NCBI GenBank assembly: GCA_963713045.1
Contig: CAVQKE010000007.1
Location: 384,001 to 448,000, forward strand
Origin: an uncultured delta proteobacterium
Lineage (GTDB): Bacteria > Myxococcota > Myxococcia > Myxococcales > Myxococcaceae
DNA: 64,000 nt
Direction of reading: 5' to 3'
Numbering within the stretch: position 1 is the stretch's first letter; every line of letters begins with the position of its first letter. The notes beneath the pieces were generated by a model. The model searched no databases, was not told the origin of the DNA, and saw only the letters and a list, made by a program, of their open reading frames with translations. This document shows, one piece after another, positions 19,098 through 28,750 of the stretch. The position numbers and the translations under genes are program-made.

Positions 19098-22000
19098 ATG
19101 CACCAGAGTGCTGCTTGGGTCGTGATGGCCATGCTGTGGGCCGGATCGTCAGCCCGCGCAGAGGACGGTGTGCTCGCGTTCGGCACGTCGGCGCAGGGAC
19201 TGGCTGTCCCCGGAGCCGAGCAAACCCACCTTGTCGAGGGCACTGCCGGTACGGCACTGCACCTTCGGCTCGACCACGGCCATCTCGACGTCGAGCTGCG
19301 CGTGCTGGGACCGGACGGAGAGCCCCTCGGGGCGATGGAGAACGTGCTCGGCCGAACGGAGCCCCTCACCCTCACCGCGGTGGTGAAGGAGACTGGTAGG
19401 CAACGCATCGGTGTCCGGCTGCGCTCGAGGCGCGCCCACGGTGGCCCTTACCAACTGGCACTGGGCCCCGAGATGACCGCGACCGCAGCCGACCAGACGC
19501 GCATTGAGGCTGAGCAGCTGCGGGCCAAGGCTGACTCCATCGTCGCCAGCCAGGAGGGAGCCGCCTTTCCGCGCGCGCTCGACGCCTACCGTGACAGTGC
19601 GCAGCGTTGGCGCCAGCTGGACGATGGTCTCGAGCTGGCGATGACGCTCAGCCGCCACGGCGAGCTGCTGGAGATGATGGGCCGCCAGCCCGAAGCGCGC
19701 GCCATCCTGGAGGAGGCCCTGGCCAGCTGGCGCCGGGTGCAAGACGCGTCCGGCGAGAGCGGCTGCCTGGACACGCTCGGCTTGGTCATCACGGAGTTGG
19801 GGGAGCCCCGGAGCGGGCTGCAACTGCTGGAACAGGCACTCGCCCTCCGCCGGGCAACGGGACCTCTGCCCATCGCGGAGGGCTCCATCCTCAACGACAT
19901 GGCCGTGGCGCTCGGCAATCTCGGCGAGCGGCAAGCGGCCATCGACCGCTACACGGAGGCACTGGAGTGCGCCCGGCGAGACGGCGACGAGGACGTGCAG
20001 GCCCAGGTGCTCACCAACCGGGCCGTCGACTACGAAGGGTTGGGGGACGATGTGCGCGCTCTCTTCGACTTCAAAGAGGCACGGGCAAAGTTTCGCGCCC
20101 TCGGCAACAGGCACCAAGAAGGGATGACCGATTTCTCCATCGGCTTGACGCTCGGCGATACCGGCCGGGCGGCCGAGGCATGGAGCTATTTTCAATCCGC
20201 ACTTGAACTCTTCACCAAGGCCGGCGACGAACGCTTCGTCGCCTTCACCCTGAACCAGATGGGCCTCTTACAGCTCGACGCCGGGCGCTACGACGACGCA
20301 ACGGCCACCTTCGAGGAGGCGCTGGCCAAACTCGAAGCCGGTGGCGATCGGCGCTCCGCGGCCGACCTTCGGATGAATCTCGCGCGAACGCTGCTCGAAC
20401 GCGGGCGGCCACTCGAATCCCTGGAGCCCCTCGCGGGCGCCCGCGAGGAGCTTCACGCGATTGGCGACCGTACCCACGAAGCGATGGCCTTGACGCACCT
20501 GGCGCGGGCGGAGCTGGCCGTCGGCCGCCCGGACCTGGCACGCCAGCACGTCCTCGAGGCCTTGCGGCTGACGGAAGAGACACGCGCCTCCATCGTCGGC
20601 CCCAGCGCGCGGGCAATCTGGGTCGCGGCGGAGCACGCTCGGTATGAACTCTTGGTCAGCGTGCTGATGGCCCTGCACGCACGTGACCCGGCGCATGGTT
20701 GGGACGCCGAGGCGCTGGCCGCCAGCGAGACATCCCGTGCGCGCTCCCTCCTGGAAGTGCTCGCGGACGCGCGCGCCGACATTCGGGCCGACATGGACCC
20801 CGGCCTCAAGGCCGCCTCGGACAACGTCGCCGCCCGGGCAGAGGAGGCGCGGCGAGCGCAACAGGCGCTGCTCTCTCGCCCGCACCGGCCAGAAGAGACG
20901 GACAAACTTGAAGTGACGCTGGCCGAGATTCGTGCCGAGGAGGAGCGATTGCAGGCGCAGCTGCGCGCCTCCAGCCCTCGGTATGCGAGCCTGGCATCCC
21001 CTGCCCCACTGTCCCTGGCAGAAATTCGGACCGCGGTGCTCGACCCGTCGACGTCCCTGATTGAATATTTTGTCGGGGAGCGCGAAAGCTTTGTCTGGGT
21101 CGTTTCCGCGGCGCAACTTGTCTCGGCCAAGCTTCCTGGACGACGAGACGTCGAGCGGGCGGTGGACGCCGTCTATCGCCACTGGAGCGGCGCCGACTCT
21201 GTGGACAACGGCGAACGTGCGGCGCGCGCTCTCTCCCACCTCGTCCTGGGCCCGGTGGCCTCAGCGCTGCAGACCGAACGGCTGCTGGTGGTGGCCGATG
21301 GCGCGCTCCAGCGGATTCCTTTCGCCGCGCTTCCGGTGCCAGGCTCGCACCGGGTGCTTCTCGAGGACCACACGCTGGTGAGCCTGCCCTCGGCGTCCAC
21401 GATGGCGTTGCTCGCCGCCGCCCGAAGCGACGCTGCCCCAGGCGGTCCCCAGCTGGTCATCCTGGCCGACCCCCTCCTTGGCGACGGGGACCGTGCGGCC
21501 GGGACGGCGTCGAATGCGGTGGCCACGCTGGAGCCGGGCCTGCTTCGCTCCCTTGAGGACTCCGGCCTCCGCGCGCTGGAGCGGCTTCCGGGCACACGCC
21601 TCGAGGCGGAGGCCATCGCTTCGCATGCGACGGCGGAGCACGTGCTCACCGCGTTGGGTGCTGACGCCAGCCGTGCCACGGCGCTCGGCCCAGAGGTGTC
21701 CCAGGCGCGGATTGTCCATTTTGCGACGCACGCGCTTCTGGATGTCCAGCACCCGGAGTTTTCCGGCATTGTCCTGTCACAGCGGGATGCGTCCGGACGG
21801 CCCGAGGATGGTTTTCTGTCGTTGGCCGACGTCTACCGGTTGCGCCTGTCGGCGCAGTTGGTGGTTCTCTCGGCGTGCAACACCGGGCTGGGGAAGGCGG
21901 TCCGGGGCGAAGGGCTGGTCGGGCTGACCCGCGGCTTCATGTACGCTGGCGCCCAGCGGGTGGTGGCAAGTCTGTGGAAAGTCTCGGACCGCGCAACACT

Positions 22001-22181
22001 GGCGCTGATGGACCGCTTTTACGCGCTGTTACTGGAGCAGCACCTTGCCCCGGCCGAAGCGCTGCGGGCCGCCCAGCGGGCCGTTCGACGGGACCGACGG
22101 TACGCGGCGCCCAACGCCTGGGCGGGCTTCGTCGTACAAGGGGACTGGCACGCGCTCCCCCAGCCTGCGGGAAGCCCATAG
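19098..22181 (+). CDS. TPR-CHAT domain protein (caspase-like Cys protease), probably secreted
   Basis: Signal-peptide-like N-terminus (ARA-ED), PPC-like domain, TPR repeats, CHAT motifs HFATHA (His codon 21729) and LSACNTG (Cys codon 21876), VASLWKV, WAGFVVQG. Confidence 0.9.
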   Translation: MHQSAAWVVMAMLWAGSSARAEDGVLAFGTSAQGLAVPGAEQTHLVEGTAGTALHLRLDHGHLDVELRVLGPDGEPLGAMENVLGRTEPLTLTAVVKETGRQRIGVRLRSRRAHGGPYQLALGPEMTATAADQTRIEAEQLRAKADSIVASQEGAAFPRALDAYRDSAQRWRQLDDGLELAMTLSRHGELLEMMGRQPEARAILEEALASWRRVQDASGESGCLDTLGLVITELGEPRSGLQLLEQALALRRATGPLPIAEGSILNDMAVALGNLGERQAAIDRYTEALECARRDGDEDVQAQVLTNRAVDYEGLGDDVRALFDFKEARAKFRALGNRHQEGMTDFSIGLTLGDTGRAAEAWSYFQSALELFTKAGDERFVAFTLNQMGLLQLDAGRYDDATATFEEALAKLEAGGDRRSAADLRMNLARTLLERGRPLESLEPLAGAREELHAIGDRTHEAMALTHLARAELAVGRPDLARQHVLEALRLTEETRASIVGPSARAIWVAAEHARYELLVSVLMALHARDPAHGWDAEALAASETSRARSLLEVLADARADIRADMDPGLKAASDNVAARAEEARRAQQALLSRPHRPEETDKLEVTLAEIRAEEERLQAQLRASSPRYASLASPAPLSLAEIRTAVLDPSTSLIEYFVGERESFVWVVSAAQLVSAKLPGRRDVERAVDAVYRHWSGADSVDNGERAARALSHLVLGPVASALQTERLLVVADGALQRIPFAALPVPGSHRVLLEDHTLVSLPSASTMALLAAARSDAAPGGPQLVILADPLLGDGDRAAGTASNAVATLEPGLLRSLEDSGLRALERLPGTRLEAEAIASHATAEHVLTALGADASRATALGPEVSQARIVHFATHALLDVQHPEFSGIVLSQRDASGRPEDGFLSLADVYRLRLSAQLVVLSACNTGLGKAVRGEGLVGLTRGFMYAGAQRVVASLWKVSDRATLALMDRFYALLLEQHLAPAEALRAAQRAVRRDRRYAAPNAWAGFVVQGDWHALPQPAGSP

Positions 22182-22191
22182 GGAGGATGAC

Positions 22192-22620
22192 ATGACCGAC
22201 ACGCATCGAGGAAATTGCTTCTGCGGAGCCGTTGAAATTGAAGTTTCAGGCGCACCCGAGGCGATGGGGTACTGCCACTGCAGTTCCTGCCGGTCTTGGT
22301 CGGCGGGCCCAGTGAATGCTTTCACCTTGTGGAAGCCCGAGAACGTGAAAGTCACCAAGGGAGCGACGTGGCTTGGCCATTTCGCGAAGACAAAGACGAG
22401 CGACCGACACTTCTGCACCAAGTGCGGTGGCCATCTCATGACGAAGCACCCCACCTTCGGATTGACCGACGTTTATGCGGCGACGATTCCCAGTGTCGTC
22501 TTCGTGCCAGCCCTCCACGTGAACTACGCCGAGACCGTCTTGCAGATGAAGGACGGGCTCCCAAAAATGAAGGACTTCCCGAAAGAACTCGGGGGGTCCG
22601 GCGTGGCGCTCCCTGAATAA
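22192..22620 (+). CDS. GFA (glutathione-dependent formaldehyde-activating)-family protein
   Basis: CFCG, CHCSSCR, FCTKCG zinc motifs; RBS GGGAGG. Confidence 0.9.
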   Translation: MTDTHRGNCFCGAVEIEVSGAPEAMGYCHCSSCRSWSAGPVNAFTLWKPENVKVTKGATWLGHFAKTKTSDRHFCTKCGGHLMTKHPTFGLTDVYAATIPSVVFVPALHVNYAETVLQMKDGLPKMKDFPKELGGSGVALPE

Positions 22621-22698
22621 CGTCCCGTGACGGCAGCAGTGGGGCGCCGCCGAACGGCAGCGCCCTCGGCGGCTGTTTCGTGCTTTCTTGAGCGCGGG

Positions 22699-23706
22699 AT
22701 GGTCGGGAATCACCCCATCGTTGCCGTGCTGACTGGCGTGCTCGACCGGTTCCGCGTGCGGCGACAGCTTGCCGCCCTTGGCCCCGATGAGCGCCTGGAC
22801 GGGAAACTGGCGCTGGTGACCGGCGGCGCCTCGGGGCTCGGTTTCGCGACGTCGGTGGACCTCGCGCGCCGCGGCGCCCGGGTGCTTCTGGTAGACCGCC
22901 GAAACCCGGAAGCCGCCCACCGTAAAGCCATCTCCCTCGGGGTGGCGGCTGACCAGATTGAAGCGCTGCAGGTTGACCTCGCCGATTTGGCGTCCATCGA
23001 GGGCTTGGTGGCGGACCTCACCCGCCGCGGCCTACGGGTCGATGTGTTGGTCCTCAACGCTGCCATCGTCCCCACCTCAGCGCGGTCGACGCCCCAGGGG
23101 CTGGACGAGATGTTTGTCGTCAATTACCTCTCCTCGTTCCTCCTGGTGAGGCGACTGCTGGAGCAAGGGGTCCTCCCCCGCGACCGCCTGGCCGGCGAGG
23201 TGCCGCGCGTCGTTTTCGTCGCGTCCGAGGCGCACCGATGGAGCGAGAACCTCCTCTTGGAAGCCCTCGACCAGCCGCGTGACGGCTCAGCCCGCCGGGT
23301 GCTTGCCTTCTACGCCACCTACAAACTGATGCTGGTCACCTTCGCCTGGGAACTCGCGCGGCGCCTCGCAGATGAATGCAGTCCTCGGGTCGCGGTGTTC
23401 GCGCTCTGCCCCGGGGCGATGCGCACCAACATCGCCCGCGAGCTGCCGGCCGCGCTGCGCGGTCCCCTCAAAGCGGTGATGCACCTGTTTTTCCAGGACC
23501 CCTTCATCGCCGACGAACCGCTGCTCTACCTCGCCTGTAGCCGTGCCCTGCAGGGCCGAACTGCCGTGTATCTGCACAAGATGGCGACCAAGGACGTCGA
23601 CCCACGCGCCGCCGACGCGGAAATGGGTCGGGCGCTTTGGGAACGCAGCGAAGCAGTCTTGGCCCGGGCACTGACCCTTGGCATTGCTCAGCCCCGGCCG
23701 GGATGA
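22699..23706 (+). CDS. SDR-family oxidoreductase (retinol dehydrogenase-like)
   Basis: LVTGGASGLG, LVLNAA, YATYK, CPGAMRT. Confidence 0.85.
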   Translation: MVGNHPIVAVLTGVLDRFRVRRQLAALGPDERLDGKLALVTGGASGLGFATSVDLARRGARVLLVDRRNPEAAHRKAISLGVAADQIEALQVDLADLASIEGLVADLTRRGLRVDVLVLNAAIVPTSARSTPQGLDEMFVVNYLSSFLLVRRLLEQGVLPRDRLAGEVPRVVFVASEAHRWSENLLLEALDQPRDGSARRVLAFYATYKLMLVTFAWELARRLADECSPRVAVFALCPGAMRTNIARELPAALRGPLKAVMHLFFQDPFIADEPLLYLACSRALQGRTAVYLHKMATKDVDPRAADAEMGRALWERSEAVLARALTLGIAQPRPG

Positions 23707-26700
23707 GACGCTGACTGCCTTTGGGGGGAGTGCTTTGAGCAGAGAGTCGAAGCTTCCGACGGTTGACGTCGATGGCACCCAGGCCTCTGGCGGGCAGCCT
23801 TCAGCCGAAGCGTCGGGCCGCACGCCGGATGAGTCGACGATGGGCTTGCCCGCTTCCGGCGAGCCACTGCCGGCGTCCAGCGGCGAGTTGGACCTTCCGC
23901 GTCTCCAAGTGGGCGAGTCCCTCGCAGGCCGCTTCACCATCCTCCGCTTCATCGCCCGCGGGGGCATGGGGGCGGTGTACGAGGCGAATGACGTGATGCT
24001 GCGGTCGCGAGTGGCGCTGAAAGTCATTCGCGGTCGCATCGCTACCGACGCCGCGGCCATGGAGCAATTCCGGCGCGAGGTGCTGCTCGCCCGTCGCATT
24101 GGCCACGCCAACGTCTGCCACGTCTATGAGTTGTTCGAGGCGACAACTGCTGCTGGGATGCCCATCCACTTCCTCACCATGGAGCTGCTCGAGGGGGAGA
24201 CCCTCAGCCAGCGCATCGCCCGCGAGGGGCGGTTGACGATGGGTGAGGCATTCCCCCTGGTTCAGCAACTCTGCTGGGGGCTCGCGGCTGCACACACCGC
24301 GGGCGTCATCCACCGGGACTTCAAGTGCAGCAACGTCCTTCTCGTCCCCGGTGACACGTCTTCCGGAGAGTCCACGGCCCAGTCGACACGCGTCGTCATC
24401 ACCGACTTCGGCATTGCGAGAGCGGTGCAGCTCGGCAGCGGCCAGACGACCAACGGGCCCCTGACGGGGGGCCGGGCATTCGTCGGGACGCCGGAGTACA
24501 TGGCCCCGGAGCAGGTCGCTGATGGGGCTGTCACGCAGGCCACCGACATCTATTCGCTAGGCGTCGTCATCTTCGAGATGGTGACAGGGAAGCTACCCTT
24601 CACCGGGGACACACCTCTCGTCGCGGCTGCCAAGCGTCTCAACGAGTCGCCGCCGCGCCCGGAGGCCACGGTGCCTGGCCTGGACGCCAAGTGGAGCTCC
24701 ACCATTCTGCGCTGTCTAGCCCGGGAGCCAGAGCGACGCTTTCGGAGCGCCTTGGACATCCTCCCGGCACTTGAGGGGCCGCCTCAGCACTGGCGGCGCT
24801 GGGTGGGGCTCGGTGCCGGGACGCTGTTGGTCGCCCTCGCCACGTTTGCAGGTGTGCGGGTGTTTCCAAGCTTTCATCAGTTGCAGCAACCACGAACTGC
24901 CGTGCCGATGCCTCCCCGGCGGGCGCTGGCCATTCTGGGCGTGCGCGACGAACTGGCGTCCAGGGAGCTGGACTGGCTCCCGACTGCTGTCGCCGAGTCA
25001 CTTGGGCATGAACTTGCAGCGGCTGAGACATCCCTCCGAGTCATCCCCAGCGACAGAGTTGCCAGCGTGCGGCGCTCGCTTGGCGTGTCCGAGGACACTG
25101 TCACCGAGGAAAAGGTTCGTGAGCGGATGCAAGGCCTTCTCGCGGCCAATTTCCTCGTCTACGGCACGCTAAAGCCGGTGGCGCAAGGCTCGGCGTCAGT
25201 GGAGCTCTCGGTCAGAATGGCGGACGCCATCTCGGGGCAGGAGCTTGCCTCCATTGAAGAGGACTTAGGGGACGGTGCGATTGCGGTGCAGGAGAAAGTC
25301 CCAACTGTCGCCGAACGCCTCCGGCGGTTGCTCGGTCTCTCTCTTTCGGATGCACAAGTGGTCGCACTTTCGACGTCCCGTGCGCGGAATCTGTCGGCCA
25401 CGAAGCCCTACGCACAGGGTGTCATGAGTTTGCGGAAATTCGACTATGGGAGCGCAAGGAGCAGTTTCGAAGCTGCGCTCGCAATGGATGGGAGCTTCCC
25501 GGAGGCGCGACGCCGTCTCGCCGAAACGTGGGAGCACGAGGGGAACCGTAAGAGGGCCCGAGAGGTCGCCGAGCCAATCCGGTCGAAGCAGACGAATTTC
25601 ACGTCGAGACAGCTGGCCGAGCTGGACGCCAAGCTCCTCAGCCTGGGCCCGGAGCCTGGCCAGGGGGCGTTGGCTCGGCAGGCCCTATTCGAGGCGACGC
25701 CGGACGATGTCGAACTGGGGCTCGCGCTCGCCGAGGAACAAGTCGAAACGGCACCCAAGACAGCAAACGCGATTGTGAGTCGCCTCCGGGAACAACCCGC
25801 CCCGGCCTCTGCTGACATCCGTCTGGACGGCGCAGAGGCGGCGGCCGCCTGGCGCCTGGGCGACGGCGAGCGCGCCAAGGAACTTCTGGCGGAGGTGAAG
25901 GCTCGAGCGCGGGCACTGGGCGCCAGGACAGAACTCGCCAACGCGCTCACAGAAGAGGAAACGATGCTCTGGCAGGGGGGAAAGCGACCCGTCGAAACGA
26001 TGGGGCCGCCTTTCCAGGAGGCCGTGCGGTTGCTCAGCGAGGCTGGCGACCTCATTGAACTTGCCGGCGTGGAGGGGAGACGAGCGGGGTTGGCGATGGA
26101 ACGCTTTCCTTTGAGTATGGCACTGAAGTCCGCTGAAGAGACCGCTGCGCTCTACCGAAGACTCGGGGACCGAGCCGGCCTCAGTTCGGTGCTCAGCCTC
26201 TACGCTTACGAGCTGCTCCAATACGGGCAGCCGGACCTCGCGACCAGGACGGTTGCGGAGGCCATGGCCGAATCGGAAGCCATCCATGACCGGCACCTGG
26301 GTGACGCTGTCGGCTTCTACACCAGCGTCCAAGGCTTCGTCGCAATGCAACGGGCAGACCTGGATGGGATTTGGAATGCTGCCCGCTTACTCCGGTCCCA
26401 GGCGAGTCAGGGAGAGTGCGCCCTGTGCTTTGCAGCAGCTGCTTTGAGAGAGGAGGACCGACTCCCGGAAGCGCGAGAAACGCTGGAGAAGGCCATGGCA
26501 TCGGAGATTGCCGGTGGAAACCACCTCGCCGCTTTCGTGTCCCAAACCCGGCTCTGCGAGCTGAGCTGTGACGAAGGCCACCCGGTGGAAGGAATCGCGT
26601 GCTTTGGCGAGCATCCTCCACCGGTTGGAGCTGCTGGCACCGCCTGGGTGCTTGAGCTCAATCCCGGGCTTGCGAAATGCCGTTTCGAGGCCGGCGACCT

Positions 26701-27064
26701 CGACGGAGCGGGAGCCGCGGCCGTCGAGGGCCTGGCGCTCGCGCAGCACTTACAGTGGTACGTCTATCGTGTTCTTTCGAATGCGTACCTCATGCGGGTG
26801 CGCGCGGCCCGCGGCCAGACCGCTAAGGCGCTGGCCAGCCTTCGCGCCGACCTTCACGACTCAGAAAGCAGAAAGACAACGAAGTTTGCCTTCGAGATTG
26901 CTCTTCAGCTGGGAGAGGTGGAGCTGGCCGCAGGACGTCCAGAAGGGCGGCCTCGGCTTCTGAAACTCGAACAGGAAGCCAAGTCTAGGCAGCATTTCCG
27001 CATCGCTCGCCTGGCACGCGAAGCGCTCGACGGCAAGCCCGCGGCGACGAGTCCGGCCAAGTAA
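23678..27064 (+). CDS. Transmembrane Ser/Thr kinase with large TPR-like extracytoplasmic region
   Basis: GGMGAVY, VALK, HRDFKCSNV, DFG, GTPEYMAPE; TM WVGLGAGTLLVALATFAGV; helical repeats; true start may be downstream (e.g. ATG 23840). Confidence 0.88.
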   Translation: MALLSPGRDETLTAFGGSALSRESKLPTVDVDGTQASGGQPSAEASGRTPDESTMGLPASGEPLPASSGELDLPRLQVGESLAGRFTILRFIARGGMGAVYEANDVMLRSRVALKVIRGRIATDAAAMEQFRREVLLARRIGHANVCHVYELFEATTAAGMPIHFLTMELLEGETLSQRIAREGRLTMGEAFPLVQQLCWGLAAAHTAGVIHRDFKCSNVLLVPGDTSSGESTAQSTRVVITDFGIARAVQLGSGQTTNGPLTGGRAFVGTPEYMAPEQVADGAVTQATDIYSLGVVIFEMVTGKLPFTGDTPLVAAAKRLNESPPRPEATVPGLDAKWSSTILRCLAREPERRFRSALDILPALEGPPQHWRRWVGLGAGTLLVALATFAGVRVFPSFHQLQQPRTAVPMPPRRALAILGVRDELASRELDWLPTAVAESLGHELAAAETSLRVIPSDRVASVRRSLGVSEDTVTEEKVRERMQGLLAANFLVYGTLKPVAQGSASVELSVRMADAISGQELASIEEDLGDGAIAVQEKVPTVAERLRRLLGLSLSDAQVVALSTSRARNLSATKPYAQGVMSLRKFDYGSARSSFEAALAMDGSFPEARRRLAETWEHEGNRKRAREVAEPIRSKQTNFTSRQLAELDAKLLSLGPEPGQGALARQALFEATPDDVELGLALAEEQVETAPKTANAIVSRLREQPAPASADIRLDGAEAAAAWRLGDGERAKELLAEVKARARALGARTELANALTEEETMLWQGGKRPVETMGPPFQEAVRLLSEAGDLIELAGVEGRRAGLAMERFPLSMALKSAEETAALYRRLGDRAGLSSVLSLYAYELLQYGQPDLATRTVAEAMAESEAIHDRHLGDAVGFYTSVQGFVAMQRADLDGIWNAARLLRSQASQGECALCFAAAALREEDRLPEARETLEKAMASEIAGGNHLAAFVSQTRLCELSCDEGHPVEGIACFGEHPPPVGAAGTAWVLELNPGLAKCRFEAGDLDGAGAAAVEGLALAQHLQWYVYRVLSNAYLMRVRAARGQTAKALASLRADLHDSESRKTTKFAFEIALQLGEVELAAGRPEGRPRLLKLEQEAKSRQHFRIARLAREALDGKPAATSPAK

Positions 27065-27323
27065 ACGCCGCCCTCCGAGCTGCATCGCCGTCGCCGAGCA
27101 AACGAGTGACCCCGGCCGGTGTCAGCCCGCACATGCGGTCTGCCCGCACCGGTTGCCGTCTTCAATGGAACGGTGACCGGTCAACCCATGAGACTCGTCG
27201 GCCCTCAAAGCAAGCCCCAGACAGACGGCACCCTCCCGGTCGCTTACGGTTGGGTGCCGACCGACGCGCAGGAACACGGACCCAGACGCGCAACCGGCGG
27301 CGACTGAGGCGCCGACGTCGCCT

Positions 27324-28190
27324 CTAGGCTGTCGACAACGCCCGCATGCGGGCGGCGGCGAGACGGAGGTATTCGGCGCTACTGTCGAAGCCGAGGAAGC
27401 GGCGGGACAGCTTCAGCGCGGCGACGCCGGTGGTGCCGGAGCCGCAGAAGGGGTCCAGCACCAGGGCGCCCTCTTTGCTGCTGGCCTGCACCACGCGCTC
27501 GAGGAGGGCGAGCGGCTTTTGCGTGGGGTGTCGTCCATGGGCCTTTTCCGCGGCCTTCGGTCCGGTGAGGGTCCACACGCGCCCTTGCCCGTCCGCGTCG
27601 ACTTCCTCCTCTCCGGGCCGAGGCAGCGCCCACACGTCGCGCATCTGCTTTCCGCCCGCCTGCTGCCGCATGTCCGCGTATTGGAAGGTGTGCAGCAAGC
27701 GCGGGCCTGGGCGGGGAGCGGCCCAGATGAGCAATTCCGAGGAGTGGGTGAAGTAGCGGCAGGAGAGGTTGGGGCTTGCGTTGGGCTTGTACCAGGTGAC
27801 GGTGTTGAGCAGCTTGAAACCCAGCGACTGAAGGGCGAACCCGACGGAGAAGATTCCATGCTGGGTGCCGGACACCCAGAGGGTGCCCTCCGGCTTCAGC
27901 ACCCTTTGGCAAGCGGCCAGCCAGGCCACGTTGAAGCGGTGGTCCTCGGCGAGGCCGCGCGAGGCGTCCCAGGCGCCTTTGCGCACCGGGGCGCGGCGTC
28001 CAGCGTGGCAGGTGAAGCCGCCGTTGGAGAGGAAGTAGGGCGGGTCTGCGAAAACCAAGTCCACCGATGCCGCCGGCAGCTGCGCCAGAAGCTCGCGACA
28101 GTCCCCGTGGGCCAGTGTCCACCCTGCGCCCGCGGCGTGTGGCGACGGAAGGCCGCCGCGCAAACGAAGTGGCTGTGGGGCGATGGCCAT
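27324..28190 (-). CDS. Orphan site-specific DNA methyltransferase (beta class, DpnA/M2.DpnII-like)
   Basis: ADPPYFLSNGG..KGAWD, PNLSCRYFTHS, GKQMRDVW, HPTQKP, LDPFCGSGTTG. Confidence 0.88.
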   Translation of the reverse strand: MAIAPQPLRLRGGLPSPHAAGAGWTLAHGDCRELLAQLPAASVDLVFADPPYFLSNGGFTCHAGRRAPVRKGAWDASRGLAEDHRFNVAWLAACQRVLKPEGTLWVSGTQHGIFSVGFALQSLGFKLLNTVTWYKPNASPNLSCRYFTHSSELLIWAAPRPGPRLLHTFQYADMRQQAGGKQMRDVWALPRPGEEEVDADGQGRVWTLTGPKAAEKAHGRHPTQKPLALLERVVQASSKEGALVLDPFCGSGTTGVAALKLSRRFLGFDSSAEYLRLAAARMRALSTA

Positions 28191-28262
28191 GGGGAAGCCA
28201 CACCCTACGGGCCCACCAGGCGGGCGCGAGTTTTCGCGCCGAGTGCTACAGCGTTGAAGCGC

Positions 28263-28520
28263 CTACGCCTTGGCCTTGCTCGGCGCCTTGGCCTTCTTCA
28301 CTTCCACGGCGGCAGCGGCTGGCTTGGCCTCGTACTTCTTCCGGAAGCGCTCCACCCGTCCTTCGGTATCCACCAGCTTGTACTTGCCGGTGAAGAAGGG
28401 GTGGCAGTTGGAGCAGATTTCCACGTGGAAGGAGCCGCGGGTGCTGCGCGTCTCGATGATGTTGCCGCAGGCGCAGACAATCCGGCTCGGCGGGTAGACG
28501 GGATGCAGGTCCGGCTTCAT
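28263..28520 (-). CDS. rpmE: 50S ribosomal protein L31 (Zn-binding form)
   Basis: [33 protein letters not shown]. Confidence 0.96.
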   Translation of the reverse strand: MKPDLHPVYPPSRIVCACGNIIETRSTRGSFHVEICSNCHPFFTGKYKLVDTEGRVERFRKKYEAKPAAAAVEVKKAKAPSKAKA

Positions 28521-28710
28521 GGTGCTTTCCAGCGTTGGGGGGCCGCCGCTTTCCCGTGCCGGGACTGGCACGAGGTCTTGGGTCGTCCCTCGGACGTACA
28601 GGGCCCGCGCTCATAACAGCCCCGCCCCAAGCCGGCAAGGGCAGCCACCCCCCCTCAACAGGGGAAACCCCAAGGAAACACGGAGCTTGACCCGTTTGCC
28701 GAAAAACAAT

Positions 28711-28729
28711 AATGAGTCGCAAAATCATT
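28711..28729. promoter_or_regulatory. Fur-box-like inverted repeat upstream of the beta-barrel/cytochrome operon
   Basis: AATGAGTCGCAAAATCATT, 13/19 match to AATGATAATCATTATCATT, in a rare AT-rich patch; TTGACC at 28687. Confidence 0.5.
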
Positions 28730-28750
28730 TTCAGCCAACCCCGAGACCCC

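Noticed and set aside
16500..22200. Type III-E CRISPR (Craspase) locus
   Set aside because: No Cas7-11, Cas1 or repeat-spacer array seen; only the sigma/anti-sigma/CHAT logic is analogous
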